DNA of 64,000 bases from an uncultured Candidatus Saccharibacteria bacterium (GCA_964594755.1 CAZQMO010000004.1:4311-68310), one strand, 5' to 3'. Shown: positions 1-9,461, counted from the stretch's first letter. A program made the numbers and translations. The notes: a model not told the origin generated them from the sequence alone.

Positions 1-1518
1 ACAATTAGCTCTAACCCCGAAGATGTACCAGATGATACACCAGAAGGTGCGGCCACTACTGCCAATTATAAGCAGGTACCCAGCGGCATTAACTATTTTC
101 ATATCAAGGCGTTTAGAGATGGCCGTTGGGGTGGAGTCAGTCATTATAGTATTAAAGTAGATAATCAGCCACCAGCAGAGTTTATAATCGCTGTATTACC
201 GTCGAGTCGTACTAACGTCACGACTCCAATTATTGAATTTCAGACCACAGATTCTTTGTCTGGACTGGATCGATATGAAATTAAGATTATTCCACTTCGC
301 GTGGACGGCAGAAATAATGCTGAGCTTACAGAGCTATTGTTTGAGGAGACTGATAGTCCATACAAAAATGCTGATTTAGCCTTCGGAAGTTACGAAGTAA
401 TCGTGAGAGCCTACGACGAGGCAGGCAATATCCGTGAGGCTACCAGAAATATTGAGATTTCCAGCTCAATTTTTTGGTTCATGACTACGGACGGAGTTAT
501 CTTGCCATTTAATCATTTAGTAGGTTGGCCGGTAATCTTTGGTTTCTTGATATTACTCTTGTTACTATTACTGATCATTGCATACATTTTACGCAAGTGG
601 TACAAGCTGGCGCACGAGAAAGTGGTTTCAAATCAAGTTCCTGCAGGTTTGACTCAGCAACTTGAAGAACTTCAGCGCTACCGAGCCCGTTACGGCAAGA
701 TGGTCGCTGTATTTCTCGCCGTAATATTTATAGGAACACAACTAGCTGGTACTACTGTCTTTGCGCAAGCACCTACTCCAATTGATGAGACCGAACCAGC
801 TCCAGTGGAGCAGATGCAAACACCACAGCTTTCTGTTAGTGAGGATGTTAACGAATTTACCCCGCCGGTTATTACCAGCTATTCAGCCAATATTAAAGAT
901 GATGAACTCTTCTATGTAAACGGCCGAACCACTGAACCAAATCAAGAGGTGGTGGTTCACTTGCAAAGCATGGTGGACGGTAATGCTTATGACTTTATTA
1001 CTCAATCAGATAAGCGTGGGGATTGGACATATCGCCATCAGGATTTCTTAGAAGGTGGTCGCTATATCTTATGGGCTCATGTTCGTGAGAATGGCCAGTT
1101 GTCTAGCCCAAGCCCTCAGGTAGAAATGGATGTCAAACCAGTGGCGCTAAATTGGGGTAACTCTCGTATTACTTACCAAAGTTTATATTTGGGAATGATC
1201 GGCGCTTTGCTTTTAATGGTATTAGGTCTGATTGCTTATATTATCATTCACGCTATTTTGGTTCAGCGCCGCCGCCGCCAATTTGCGCATAGTTTACGCC
1301 AAGCAGAAGATTCAATTAAGCGTGGTTTCATAGCTTTGCGGCGTGATATTGAAGCTGAGTTGCTACTAGTAAAACAGGCTCACTTACCAGCTGATTTAGC
1401 AGGTGAACAGAAAGTACGTCAGGAGCAACTAGAAGCTGATTTGCGTAATATTGAACAATTAGTTGGCCGCGAAATGTGGGAAGTGGAAACTTTTGAAAAA
1501 CTACCAGGCTCGAGTTAA
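1..1518 (+). CDS. cell-surface/membrane protein, C-terminal part (5' end lies outside window)
   Basis: Frame 1 is open from nt 1 to the stop at 1518. There are two hydrophobic helices (LLLLLLLIIAYIL and IGALLLMVLGLIAYIII), each followed by an Arg-rich stop-transfer, and a charged coiled-coil tail. No family assigned. Confidence 0.6.
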   Translation, partial: TISSNPEDVPDDTPEGAATTANYKQVPSGINYFHIKAFRDGRWGGVSHYSIKVDNQPPAEFIIAVLPSSRTNVTTPIIEFQTTDSLSGLDRYEIKIIPLRVDGRNNAELTELLFEETDSPYKNADLAFGSYEVIVRAYDEAGNIREATRNIEISSSIFWFMTTDGVILPFNHLVGWPVIFGFLILLLLLLLIIAYILRKWYKLAHEKVVSNQVPAGLTQQLEELQRYRARYGKMVAVFLAVIFIGTQLAGTTVFAQAPTPIDETEPAPVEQMQTPQLSVSEDVNEFTPPVITSYSANIKDDELFYVNGRTTEPNQEVVVHLQSMVDGNAYDFITQSDKRGDWTYRHQDFLEGGRYILWAHVRENGQLSSPSPQVEMDVKPVALNWGNSRITYQSLYLGMIGALLLMVLGLIAYIIIHAILVQRRRRQFAHSLRQAEDSIKRGFIALRRDIEAELLLVKQAHLPADLAGEQKVRQEQLEADLRNIEQLVGREMWEVETFEKLPGSS

Positions 1519-1535
1519 CATGGTAAAATAATCAT

Positions 1536-1910
1536 ATGGAAGAAACCAATTATAAGGCCATTGCCGTAGTTGCTATTATCATCGTTGCCCTATTTGCAGG
1601 CGGCCTTTATTATGTAATTTCAGAGAGTAATAACCGAGCTGTCGCATTAAATTTGGTTAGAGAATACCTAAAGGCAAGCCCAAGTGATCAGTTGGTCTTG
1701 GAAGCTCAGATTAGAGAGCGCATCCAAAAACCGCCAATTGCTATGACTAGCCGCGCTAGCTTTGATTCTTTTGAGCAGTTAGTTGCCAATGCTCAAGCTT
1801 GCGAAAGTTATGCCACTATGACAACCTTTGGTCCAAGAGGTGAGCAAGTTAACACTGATGAAGCTTGGCGCTATTGTATGGACAACCCAGAAGTGCTAAA
1901 GCAAAAATAA
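1536..1910 (+). CDS. small N-terminally anchored membrane protein, hypothetical
   Basis: SD-like ggaag upstream; a single N-terminal TM helix (IAVVAIIIVALFAGGLYYVI) followed by a soluble tail. Confidence 0.5.
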   Translation: MEETNYKAIAVVAIIIVALFAGGLYYVISESNNRAVALNLVREYLKASPSDQLVLEAQIRERIQKPPIAMTSRASFDSFEQLVANAQACESYATMTTFGPRGEQVNTDEAWRYCMDNPEVLKQK

Positions 1911-1935
1911 AAAACCCGCCTTAAGGCGGGTTTTA
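1910..1935. terminator. bidirectional rho-independent terminator
   Basis: aaaaacccgccttaaggcgggtttta: a GC stem with A/T runs on both sides, sitting between convergent genes. Confidence 0.7.
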
Positions 1936-1937
1936 AA

Positions 1938-4112
1938 TTACTTCGGCCAGTTAGCTGTAAGCAGTAACTTTTCTTTGACTAACTTATGTTCAACAAGTTG
2001 TTGCCAAATTACTTCGGTAACAAATGGCATGAATGGATGGAGGAGTTTAAGAATGGTTGTTAAGACATGAAGTAAGATCGCTTGAGTGTTTTCCTTTTGG
2101 CTTTCATCTGCAAGTTGAGCTTTACTAGCTTCGATGTAAACATCAGCGAATTCTTTCCAGGTAAAATCATATAATGCCTGCGCAGCTTCATGAATTCGGA
2201 ATGCAGTGAGATGTTCATTAGCAGATGTAATCGCAGTAGCAAGTTGTTCAAGAATTAATTTATCTGAATCAGTCTTGGCTTCAGGATCAGCGCTGGGCTT
2301 GCCATCAAGGTTGGTAAGAATAAAGCGCGCGATATTCCAAAGTTTATTACCAAAGTGCTTCATACCTTTAATCTTGTCTTCGGCCAGTGGGATGTCATTG
2401 CCAGCTGCAGTAGAAAAGATTAAAGCAAAACGCAATGCGTCGGTGCCATAAGTGTCAATCACACCAAGTGGGTCAATTACGTTACCTTTACTCTTACTCA
2501 TCTTTTGGCGATCTTTATCGCGAACCAAGCCGTGCAAGAACACAGTTTCAAATGGTGGTTTGCCGGTGCGATAGTAAGACAACATAATCATCCGAGCTAC
2601 CCAGAAGAACAGAATATCCCAGCCAGTTTCCATGACCTGAGTAGGGAAGAAGGTATCGATATCTTTAGTGCCCTTTTTGGAATCATTGGCCATCAAAGTT
2701 GCGTACGGCCACTGCCCAGAAGAGAACCAAGTGTCAAAGGTATCTGGGTCGGCAGTTAGCTTGGTAGAGGAGCATTTTGGACACTCTGAGAGGCTATTTT
2801 CGGTGTCTATAACCACTTCTTGGCAATCCTCACAGTATTTGGCTGGAATCGGGATTCCCCACCAAATTTGGCGAGAAATAGGCCAATCACGGATATTTTG
2901 CATCCAGTGGAAAAAGGTCTTTTCAAAGCGGGGATTAAGGATTTTAACTTCACCATTTTTTACCCCTGAAACCGCCATATCACGAAGGGAAGGCCGGCCA
3001 TCAGGCAATTCTTTGGTCATGGCAATATACCACTGGTCAATGACTTGTGGCTCAATGATGTTATTGCACTTATAACAAACTTGAACATTGTGTTTGTAAT
3101 GTTCGTCAGTCTTGTCATCAAGAAGCAACCCTTTTTCGCGAAGTTTTTCTACAATCTTTGGCCGGGCTTCGGCAATTTTCATTCCTTCAAATTCACCGGC
3201 AATCGGCAGGAGCTTGCCGCGCAAATCAATGATTTGTTCAAAATCTAAATTGTGCCGCTTGGCGATTTCAAAGTCAGTAGCATCGTGCCAAGGTGTAATC
3301 GTCATTACACCAGTTCCGAATTCCATATCAATGGCGTCGTCTTTGATGATGGTTGCAGTGACTGGACCGTTAATCCACTCAACTTCAATTTGCTGACCGT
3401 CTTTATACTCTGCATAGCGTTTGTCATCTGGATGCATAACAATATATTTATCACCGAACTTGGTTTCTGGTCGTGCTGTGCCAATGACAAATGGACCATA
3501 CTGTAAGTAGTAGAAAGGATCTTGACGCTCTTCGTACTTAGTTTCCAAATCAGCTAAGTTGGTTTGATGTTTTACACACCAATTACAAATGCGGCCACTA
3601 CGATAAACCAAACTATCGTCATGTAATTGTTTGAAGGTTTCATAAACAATCTTCACTACCTCAGGGTCTAAAGTGAAAGTGTTGCGGCTCCAGTCGCAAG
3701 AAATACCAAGACGCTTAATACCTTCTTCGCTAATGTGTTTGTTGTTTTGTACAAAATCCCAGATCTCTTTATAGAACTCTTCGCGTTCCATAGCAAAGCG
3801 ACTACGTTTTTCTTTTTCAAGTTTCTTTTCGAACACGACTTGAGTTTCAAAACCAGCGTGGTCAGTGCCAGGCAAATAAAGTGCGCGACGGCCTTGCATG
3901 CGTTGCCAGCGAATAAATATATCTTGAATAGTCAATCCTAAAGCATGACCCACGTGCATAGGCGCGTTGGCATTAGGCGGCGGCATGATAATCGTAAATG
4001 GATCACCAGCATTTTTTAAATTGTCTGGATTAAAAAAGCCAGAGTTTTGCCAAAGTTCATAAATTTTGGATTCATGGTCCGTGGCATTATAATTTTTTTC
4101 GAGTTCTTTCAT
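1938..4112 (-). CDS. valS: valyl-tRNA synthetase (class I aaRS)
   Basis: PPPNANAPMHVGHA (HIGH motif), GTDHAGFETQ and KMSKSKGNV are typical of ValRS. The start is probably the internal ATG (MKELEK...) at 4112; the ORF-track extension to 4190 translates a GC-rich leader. Confidence 0.85.
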   Translation of the reverse strand: MKELEKNYNATDHESKIYELWQNSGFFNPDNLKNAGDPFTIIMPPPNANAPMHVGHALGLTIQDIFIRWQRMQGRRALYLPGTDHAGFETQVVFEKKLEKEKRSRFAMEREEFYKEIWDFVQNNKHISEEGIKRLGISCDWSRNTFTLDPEVVKIVYETFKQLHDDSLVYRSGRICNWCVKHQTNLADLETKYEERQDPFYYLQYGPFVIGTARPETKFGDKYIVMHPDDKRYAEYKDGQQIEVEWINGPVTATIIKDDAIDMEFGTGVMTITPWHDATDFEIAKRHNLDFEQIIDLRGKLLPIAGEFEGMKIAEARPKIVEKLREKGLLLDDKTDEHYKHNVQVCYKCNNIIEPQVIDQWYIAMTKELPDGRPSLRDMAVSGVKNGEVKILNPRFEKTFFHWMQNIRDWPISRQIWWGIPIPAKYCEDCQEVVIDTENSLSECPKCSSTKLTADPDTFDTWFSSGQWPYATLMANDSKKGTKDIDTFFPTQVMETGWDILFFWVARMIMLSYYRTGKPPFETVFLHGLVRDKDRQKMSKSKGNVIDPLGVIDTYGTDALRFALIFSTAAGNDIPLAEDKIKGMKHFGNKLWNIARFILTNLDGKPSADPEAKTDSDKLILEQLATAITSANEHLTAFRIHEAAQALYDFTWKEFADVYIEASKAQLADESQKENTQAILLHVLTTILKLLHPFMPFVTEVIWQQLVEHKLVKEKLLLTANWPK

Positions 4113-4290
4113 AGTTTTATTAAATAAAAGACACCATCTCGCAGAGCGAGGGTGTCTAGAGCCCCTTGACTTTGCCTGGGGCGGTACCATCTAGCAATTA
4201 ACTTAATTTTTCCGGGATTACGGCCGGGCCGGCAGGGTCTACTGGCTTATGCGTTCTTCCTGCGCCATGCCCTGCGCAGCTTAGCGGAAC
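4113..4290 (-). promoter_or_regulatory. probable T-box leader with intrinsic terminator upstream of valS
   Basis: Minus strand reads aattgctagaTGGTACCGCCcc, close to the T-box consensus AAUUAGGGUGGUACCGCGG. It is followed by hairpin agacaccctcgctctgcgagatggtgtc plus a U-run immediately 5' of the valS ATG, in a GC-rich structured leader. Confidence 0.35.
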
Positions 4291-4856
4291 AGGGACACTC
4301 TGGTGACAGCCAGAGTTTTGGCTTGAACTTGTGCCGTAAGTATAGGTTTTTTTGGTGGAATTGTCCAGCTGGGGAGTACGGCCACTATATTAGACTTTGG
4401 GAGTTCTAGAGTGGGCATAGGTAATTCTTCTACCAACTTCAGCTTGATTCGGTAGACTCGTTCAACTGTTTTCATAAACGAACTGACTTTGGATTGAAAT
4501 ACAGCGAACGGTTCAGAGCTTCGGAGCATTAAATATTCACCACTTTGATTCTCTTCCAAGTAGATCAGTGGGATGAGCCCTTCTCGAGAGAGTTCGTTGT
4601 AGAGCTCGAGTGTCTTCGTGGTAAAAGTCAGGGGACGACTTTCCATTTTCCGGTAAAGTTCGCCGAATACCGGTGCAGATAGCATCATGCCAATGCGGCG
4701 ATCAACTTCCACAGGTTCTCGCTCTAAAGTGACGGGGTTGGTGCGATAGTATTGGGTATCTTCGTCAACCAGATTCAGATACTTGATTTCGGTTTGGGTG
4801 ATCGCACTGACAGAAAAAAACATGCTCAGCAACAAGCTTGCAAATAGCTGCTTCAT
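4281..4856 (-). CDS. secreted protein, hypothetical
   Basis: AGGAGG SD 4 nt before the ATG; N-terminal signal peptide MKQLFASLLLSMFFSVSA; no recognisable family. Confidence 0.6.
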   Translation of the reverse strand: MKQLFASLLLSMFFSVSAITQTEIKYLNLVDEDTQYYRTNPVTLEREPVEVDRRIGMMLSAPVFGELYRKMESRPLTFTTKTLELYNELSREGLIPLIYLEENQSGEYLMLRSSEPFAVFQSKVSSFMKTVERVYRIKLKLVEELPMPTLELPKSNIVAVLPSWTIPPKKPILTAQVQAKTLAVTRVSLFR

Positions 4857-4911
4857 GATTGTTCCTCCTTTGGTATTGGTTAGTGTAGGCTCGTTTTAGA
4901 GATGTGTCAAT

Positions 4912-5952
4912 TTAGAGTAACTCCCAGGCAGGATTAGCGGAAACTTTAGATGCTGGGACAGGTTTCACTCCACTTCGGAGATTAAAGTAGGCAGCTAGCG
5001 CAATCATCTGGGCATTATCACCGCATAATTCTTGATTTGGCACTAAAAAATTGATTTTCTCTTGCTTAGCCATCTTGGTTAAGGCTTCGCGTAGGCTTCT
5101 ATTGGCCGCTACTCCGCCAGCCAAAGTTACGGTTTGGCATTGGTATTTATGTATGGCGCGAACAGCTTTTTGTACAAGTACATCCACAACAGCGTTTTCG
5201 AATGACATAGCCACATCAGCTTTGTGCTGTTTGCGCAGCGGCTTTTTTTGTTTGTCTAAATAATAAAGCACCGCCGTTTTAAGGCCGGCGAACGAGAAAT
5301 TAAAATTTTGATCGTGGAGCATTGGTCTTGGAAAATTCAAATCGGTTTTTCCTTGTTGGGCTAGCTTGGAAATCTCTGGCCCGCCAGGGTAGGGGAGATT
5401 CAATAGCCGAGCCACTTTATCAAACGCTTCGCCCGCTGCATCATCTACTGTTTGGCCAATCACTTTGTAGTTTGCGAAATCTTTCATTAATAAAAACATG
5501 GTGTGCCCACCAGAAACAATAATTGCTAGAGCTGGGAATTTGGCTTTGCTGGGTAGAGATGCGAATGCTGAATAGAGGTGACCACTCATATGGTTAGTTG
5601 GTAGAAGCGGGATGTTGGTTGCTGCGGATAAGCCTTTAGCGAATTCAGTTCCCACAATTAAAGACACGATTAAACCAGGCCCGCTAGTAACTGCAAGATA
5701 ATCTAACTCAGTCAATTCAACCTTGGCATTTTGTAAGGCTATTTGTGTCACCGGCAAGATATTTTCCATGTGGGCACGTGCTGCAACTTCTGGAACTACA
5801 CCGCCTGTCTTTTGATGAATGTTGATTTGCGATTTAATAACCGATGAGAGAAATTTGAACTTTGGCTTTGCTGATTTCAAATCACCACTCAGCACACTGG
5901 CTGCGGTTTCATCACAACTGGTTTCTATCGCAAGGATTTTTATTGACTTCAT
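4912..5952 (-). CDS. tsaD: tRNA N6-adenosine threonylcarbamoyltransferase TsaD (Kae1/YgjD family)
   Basis: Start is MKSIKILAIETSCDETA; the rest (GHLYS, VSGGHTMF, GGVAANRSLRE) is typical of TsaD. Start taken at the internal Met; the upstream 14 codons are probably not translated. Confidence 0.85.
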   Translation of the reverse strand: MKSIKILAIETSCDETAASVLSGDLKSAKPKFKFLSSVIKSQINIHQKTGGVVPEVAARAHMENILPVTQIALQNAKVELTELDYLAVTSGPGLIVSLIVGTEFAKGLSAATNIPLLPTNHMSGHLYSAFASLPSKAKFPALAIIVSGGHTMFLLMKDFANYKVIGQTVDDAAGEAFDKVARLLNLPYPGGPEISKLAQQGKTDLNFPRPMLHDQNFNFSFAGLKTAVLYYLDKQKKPLRKQHKADVAMSFENAVVDVLVQKAVRAIHKYQCQTVTLAGGVAANRSLREALTKMAKQEKINFLVPNQELCGDNAQMIALAAYFNLRSGVKPVPASKVSANPAWELL

Positions 5953-6025
5953 AACCACAGTATTATACCGATTTTTTGGCAAAACAAAAACCACTAAACT
6001 TAGTGGCTTTTGTATGCATACAATA

Positions 6026-6244
6026 TTACATGCTAGGGGATGAATTGCTGCTACCTTTCATGCTGTTTACAGCGACGAGGACAGCAGACAAACCTACGAG
6101 GATATACACGATGTTGGCAAGCATGCTTTCGCCAAGAATGGCTGAAACAAGGTTAAAGTCAAAGGCACCAACGAGGCCCCAGTTAAGACCGCCAACAACC
6201 AATAAGATCATCGCGATTGTGTTTATTGCTTTCAAATTTCTCAC
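6026..6244 (-). CDS. DUF378 (YuzA-like) small membrane protein
   Basis: GTG start; IAMILLVVGGLNWGLVGAFDFNLVSAILG matches the DUF378 signature. Confidence 0.7.
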   Translation of the reverse strand: MRNLKAINTIAMILLVVGGLNWGLVGAFDFNLVSAILGESMLANIVYILVGLSAVLVAVNSMKGSSNSSPSM

Positions 6245-6337
6245 CCCCTTTCCTTGGTAAGATAATTGCTAACTTCAGTATAGCATTTTTTTAGCCTGTC
6301 AACTATATTGGATAATTTGTAATGGTATAATTAAGGT

Positions 6338-6814
6338 ATGAATATTCAGCAACTCCGTCAAAAAGTTTGGCAGCATCTTTATCCAATTTGGCCTCAGATT
6401 GAACATTTCTTCTTGTTTATTCATGGTAATCGTCGTCAGCCTTATGCATTGGGTTGGCTCGCACAAGGAGAAACACTAGCCACATTAAAAACCTATCTAT
6501 CCAGAAAATGGGGCTTTGGAAATCACTTTGTTGCTTGGGAAGATAAGAATCAAGTTTTGTCTTGGCGTAAGTTGGATGGATTCGAGCATCAATATCATTT
6601 AAGGGTGTTCAGTGATGGAGAAATCCGCGGCCATTATGAATACACTCCTGAGTCTTCGGCTTTGATGCATTTTATGTCTGTGAAGAGCGAAGCCCGCACA
6701 AAAGATTTCGTAAAATTTTTGGGACCATTTCTATCTCATAAAAAAACTAGACACAGACTCCGGCCAGATTTTGTATCTCGCAAAAAAACACCAGAAGTCA
6801 CTTATCAAAACTAA
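6338..6814 (+). CDS. hypothetical protein (158 aa, W/H-rich)
   Basis: Clean ORF preceded by a tataat box, followed by terminator 6813-6835; no family recognised. Confidence 0.5.
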   Translation: MNIQQLRQKVWQHLYPIWPQIEHFFLFIHGNRRQPYALGWLAQGETLATLKTYLSRKWGFGNHFVAWEDKNQVLSWRKLDGFEHQYHLRVFSDGEIRGHYEYTPESSALMHFMSVKSEARTKDFVKFLGPFLSHKKTRHRLRPDFVSRKKTPEVTYQN

Positions 6815-6835
6815 ACCCCGCAGAACGCGGGGTTT
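6813..6835. terminator. bidirectional terminator
   Basis: aaaccccgcagaacgcggggttt between convergent genes. Confidence 0.65.
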
Positions 6836-6841
6836 AGTTAT

Positions 6842-7147
6842 TTAGAAATCAAATAATTCTCCCAAGAACGATTCTTTTTTACGTTTGTTGTGTCGGTAAT
6901 CGTCCCCATGGTGTGATGCATGCGGGCGATAGCCGTTATCCGCTGGGCGGTGATGTTCTTGAGGTTGGTGGCTTTGTTGGCCTCCGGCGATAAGCTTATC
7001 TAGCTCACCGCGATCTAGCCAAATTCCGCGGCAAGTGGGACAGTAGTCAATTTCTATCCCTTGTCGCTCCATCATGGCCAGAGGTGTTTGGTCGTTTGGG
7101 CATTGCATAGGCGCTTGGTTAATTATCTCTGCAGCCGACCTTAGCAA
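6842..7147 (-). CDS. zinc-ribbon protein (zf-TFIIB-like, pfam13453-like) with His-rich tail
   Basis: CPNDQTPL...YCPTCRGIWLDRGELDKL fits the zf-TFIIB-type ribbon pattern; C-terminus is His-rich (HHRPADNGYRPHASHHGDDYRH). Confidence 0.6.
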   Translation of the reverse strand: MLRSAAEIINQAPMQCPNDQTPLAMMERQGIEIDYCPTCRGIWLDRGELDKLIAGGQQSHQPQEHHRPADNGYRPHASHHGDDYRHNKRKKESFLGELFDF

Positions 7148-7152
7148 TAAAA

Positions 7153-7175
7153 AAGCCGGCTATGCCGGTTATAAT
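7153..7175 (-). terminator. minus-strand terminator
   Basis: Minus strand reads aaccggcatagccggcttttttatt. It lies inside the 7141-7335 ORF-track ORF, which is therefore probably spurious. Confidence 0.5.
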
Positions 7176-7365
7176 TGATGCTGAGTCTTCGGTTAAAGCG
7201 CTCAATGTTTGAGACCGCTCGCTTCTTCCTCACCAGCACCCAAGGCTCAAATATATTAGCATAAAGTTCTGCTATTTTCCATACCAAAGAAGCAATCCGA
7301 ACTACGTTCGATTCTTCTATAAACATTACCAACAAAAAATCGCCACTGGCGTGACGATCTTTTGT

Positions 7366-7402
7366 TGGTAGGCATCGTCTGAACGGTTGGAAAGCTTATT
7401 TG
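7366..7402 (+). repeat. 37-nt direct repeat, copy 1 (upstream of membrane-protein gene 7469)
   Basis: tggtaggcatcgtctgaacggttggaaagcttatttg; copy 2 at 7920-7956 differs at one position. Confidence 0.8.
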
Positions 7403-7468
7403 TTCTTAGTTAGGCAAATTTAGGGTATAATATAGTTAAAGTTAATTATTAAAAATTAATATGAATTT

Positions 7469-7855
7469 ATGGAAGTCAATTCATCTGGTCCAAAAGCAGA
7501 CCTCAACTCTTATCAGAAAAGCTTAAATAGTTTTGGAATAGCTAGTCTCTGGAATACATGCTTTAGTTTAACCATCGCTCTTACTTTATGTGTTTATGGT
7601 ACAGGAATTTACTTGAATGAAAGTACTGATCTTGATAACACTTTTAAATTAGTCTTAAGCATAATACAAATAGCCTCTTACATTGGATTAGTTATAGTGT
7701 TGGCATATTATGCTTACAGATTTTCAGGAAGAAAAATTTTATTACTAAATGGTTTATTTGGGGTTTTATCTGGATGGATATTCATGCCAGTGATAGGACT
7801 TATAATTATATATTCCTTTAAAAGGAAAATTATGAGAGAAAGTAAAATACTCTAA
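7469..7855 (+). CDS. small polytopic membrane protein, hypothetical (very AT-rich)
   Basis: 3-4 predicted TM helices; tataat box about 35 nt upstream; terminator follows. Confidence 0.55.
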   Translation: MEVNSSGPKADLNSYQKSLNSFGIASLWNTCFSLTIALTLCVYGTGIYLNESTDLDNTFKLVLSIIQIASYIGLVIVLAYYAYRFSGRKILLLNGLFGVLSGWIFMPVIGLIIIYSFKRKIMRESKIL

Positions 7856-7875
7856 TTATAATGCGCATATGAAAT

Positions 7876-7902
7876 AAAACACCGCCGTTAAGCGGTGTTT
7901 TT
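7876..7902 (+). terminator. rho-independent terminator
   Basis: aaaacaccgccgttaagcggtgttttt. Confidence 0.75.
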
Positions 7903-7919
7903 AATCTATAAATTGAGCG

Positions 7920-7956
7920 TGGTAGGCATCGTCTGAACGGTTGGAAAACTTATTTG
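7920..7956 (+). repeat. 37-nt direct repeat, copy 2 (upstream of membrane-protein gene 8079)
   Basis: tggtaggcatcgtctgaacggttggaaaacttatttg. Confidence 0.8.
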
Positions 7957-8078
7957 GCTTTGGTAAGGGAGTTATATAGGTGCTTAATTCAAGCGGGTAT
8001 CCATTGAGGGTTGAAAACTCCTTGATGGCTTGAGTAAACCAAGTCTAGTATAATATACTTAGCAATTAATATAAGACT

Positions 8079-9461
8079 ATGGACAACGAACAACTACCCA
8101 ATACTAACGAGATCTCTAGCACGAGTAATCCTACTCAGTATGCATCGCGATTTGAGGTTACTGTAAAAATACTTAAATGGTTTTTTCCTCCGAGTATTGT
8201 AGTGGCTTTTTTAGTAGGATTAGGTTCGGCAGGATTTTGTTTATTGTTCTGTTCGCCAACAACGATTGAGAATATCTTTATTTGGTTAGGAATAGGTTCA
8301 GTCGTTGCCGCGTTAATATATGTTCCTATTGTTAGTGCGAAAAAGATTTCTCAAGCAACTACGAAAAAAAGTTTAGTTCTCGAGACGTTGGGCTTAATAG
8401 TAATAGGTTATGCAATTATCTTTGGAATTACTCTTGGTTGGCTAGGTATTAGCAGTCATCAGCCTGAAGGCTGGAAACCATCATTAAACGAAAGAATGTT
8501 GGGTTGGATTCAGGTTACTGTGGGTGAAATTCAGGATTCCAAAAGAGATGCAATTAACCAAGCAAAATTTAATAATGACTCATTTGAATTTGTACCCGCT
8601 TCCAGTGAATTAACTCTCATAAACAGCCACGATGCTGTACTATCTACCACAGGAACGATAAGTGGTTTAGATAAGTTAAATGGTTTAGAAGGTAACTCTC
8701 AGTACATTGTGGTAATTTCTGAAGTTGCTGTTGGAGATATGGCTGCTCAAGGAGATGTGGTAAAGCGATTGAAAGGCGAACATGGAGTATTGGGTGAAGA
8801 GCTTTGGACAAGTACCTTGAATCTGGGTGCAGGTGATTCACAACAAATAACAATCTCAGCTGCTTTACCTAAAGAATTCGCTCAAGTGATAAAGGATAAA
8901 CCTGATACTACTTTTAAAGTAAAGTTAGAGCTATTAGCCGAATCTGCTTACACTTACCAAAAATTCAATTTTACTTCTATATGGTCTCAGGAAACATCAA
9001 TTGTCCCAAAATATGCCGGCCAATTTTTAAAAGATCGTCAACATGAGATTAATTTCCGACTTCCTGATGCTGCTGTAAAATTTACAAAAATTGATGAAAA
9101 AGGCAATTTTGTGACAGAATCAGACAATCAAGTAAATTTTACAGTCACTACCAATCCAAAGATGAGTTTGTGCTGTGAAGCTCCTGAACTTAAGGTAACT
9201 TCTACTTGGGGTAATTCCCAGTCGCTAGAAGACTATTTGGAAACGATATCGTGGAAGGGAGAGATTGTTAGCAAAAAAGTTGGTAAGTCAGGAACTGTAG
9301 CAATAGTAGAAGCTAATCCTACAATAGCTAGTCCTTACAAAGCAATTATATACAAAAGATTTGACGAATTTAGAGTTTATCAGTTAACTGAAAAAAATTC
9401 TGGCTTAGATGAACTATACAATTTGTATTTAGAATCATATAAAAAGTTTGATACATTTTAA
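8079..9461 (+). CDS. membrane protein with 4 N-terminal TM helices and ~330-aa extracytoplasmic domain, hypothetical
   Basis: tagtataatatact promoter-like box upstream; TM block 35-125 then a soluble domain; no family recognised. Confidence 0.6.
   Translation: MDNEQLPNTNEISSTSNPTQYASRFEVTVKILKWFFPPSIVVAFLVGLGSAGFCLLFCSPTTIENIFIWLGIGSVVAALIYVPIVSAKKISQATTKKSLVLETLGLIVIGYAIIFGITLGWLGISSHQPEGWKPSLNERMLGWIQVTVGEIQDSKRDAINQAKFNNDSFEFVPASSELTLINSHDAVLSTTGTISGLDKLNGLEGNSQYIVVISEVAVGDMAAQGDVVKRLKGEHGVLGEELWTSTLNLGAGDSQQITISAALPKEFAQVIKDKPDTTFKVKLELLAESAYTYQKFNFTSIWSQETSIVPKYAGQFLKDRQHEINFRLPDAAVKFTKIDEKGNFVTESDNQVNFTVTTNPKMSLCCEAPELKVTSTWGNSQSLEDYLETISWKGEIVSKKVGKSGTVAIVEANPTIASPYKAIIYKRFDEFRVYQLTEKNSGLDELYNLYLESYKKFDTF

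Noticed and set aside
2060-3506. Multiple 60-135-aa ORFs on the plus strand within the valS region (2206-2451, 2505-2759, 2668-3075, 3045-3248, 3112-3396, 3252-3506 and others)
   Set aside because: They are antisense to, or out of frame with, a long well-supported valS CDS, with no RBS and a shadow-ORF composition. The same reasoning applies to the short ORFs overlapping tsaD, trxB, gdhA, uvrA, dnaK, dnaJ, topA, rnj and ftsZ.
7141-7335. 64-aa minus-strand ORF between the zinc-ribbon gene and repeat copy 1
   Set aside because: A minus-strand intrinsic terminator (7153-7175) lies inside its 3' end, and the sequence is a GC-rich repeat-like block.
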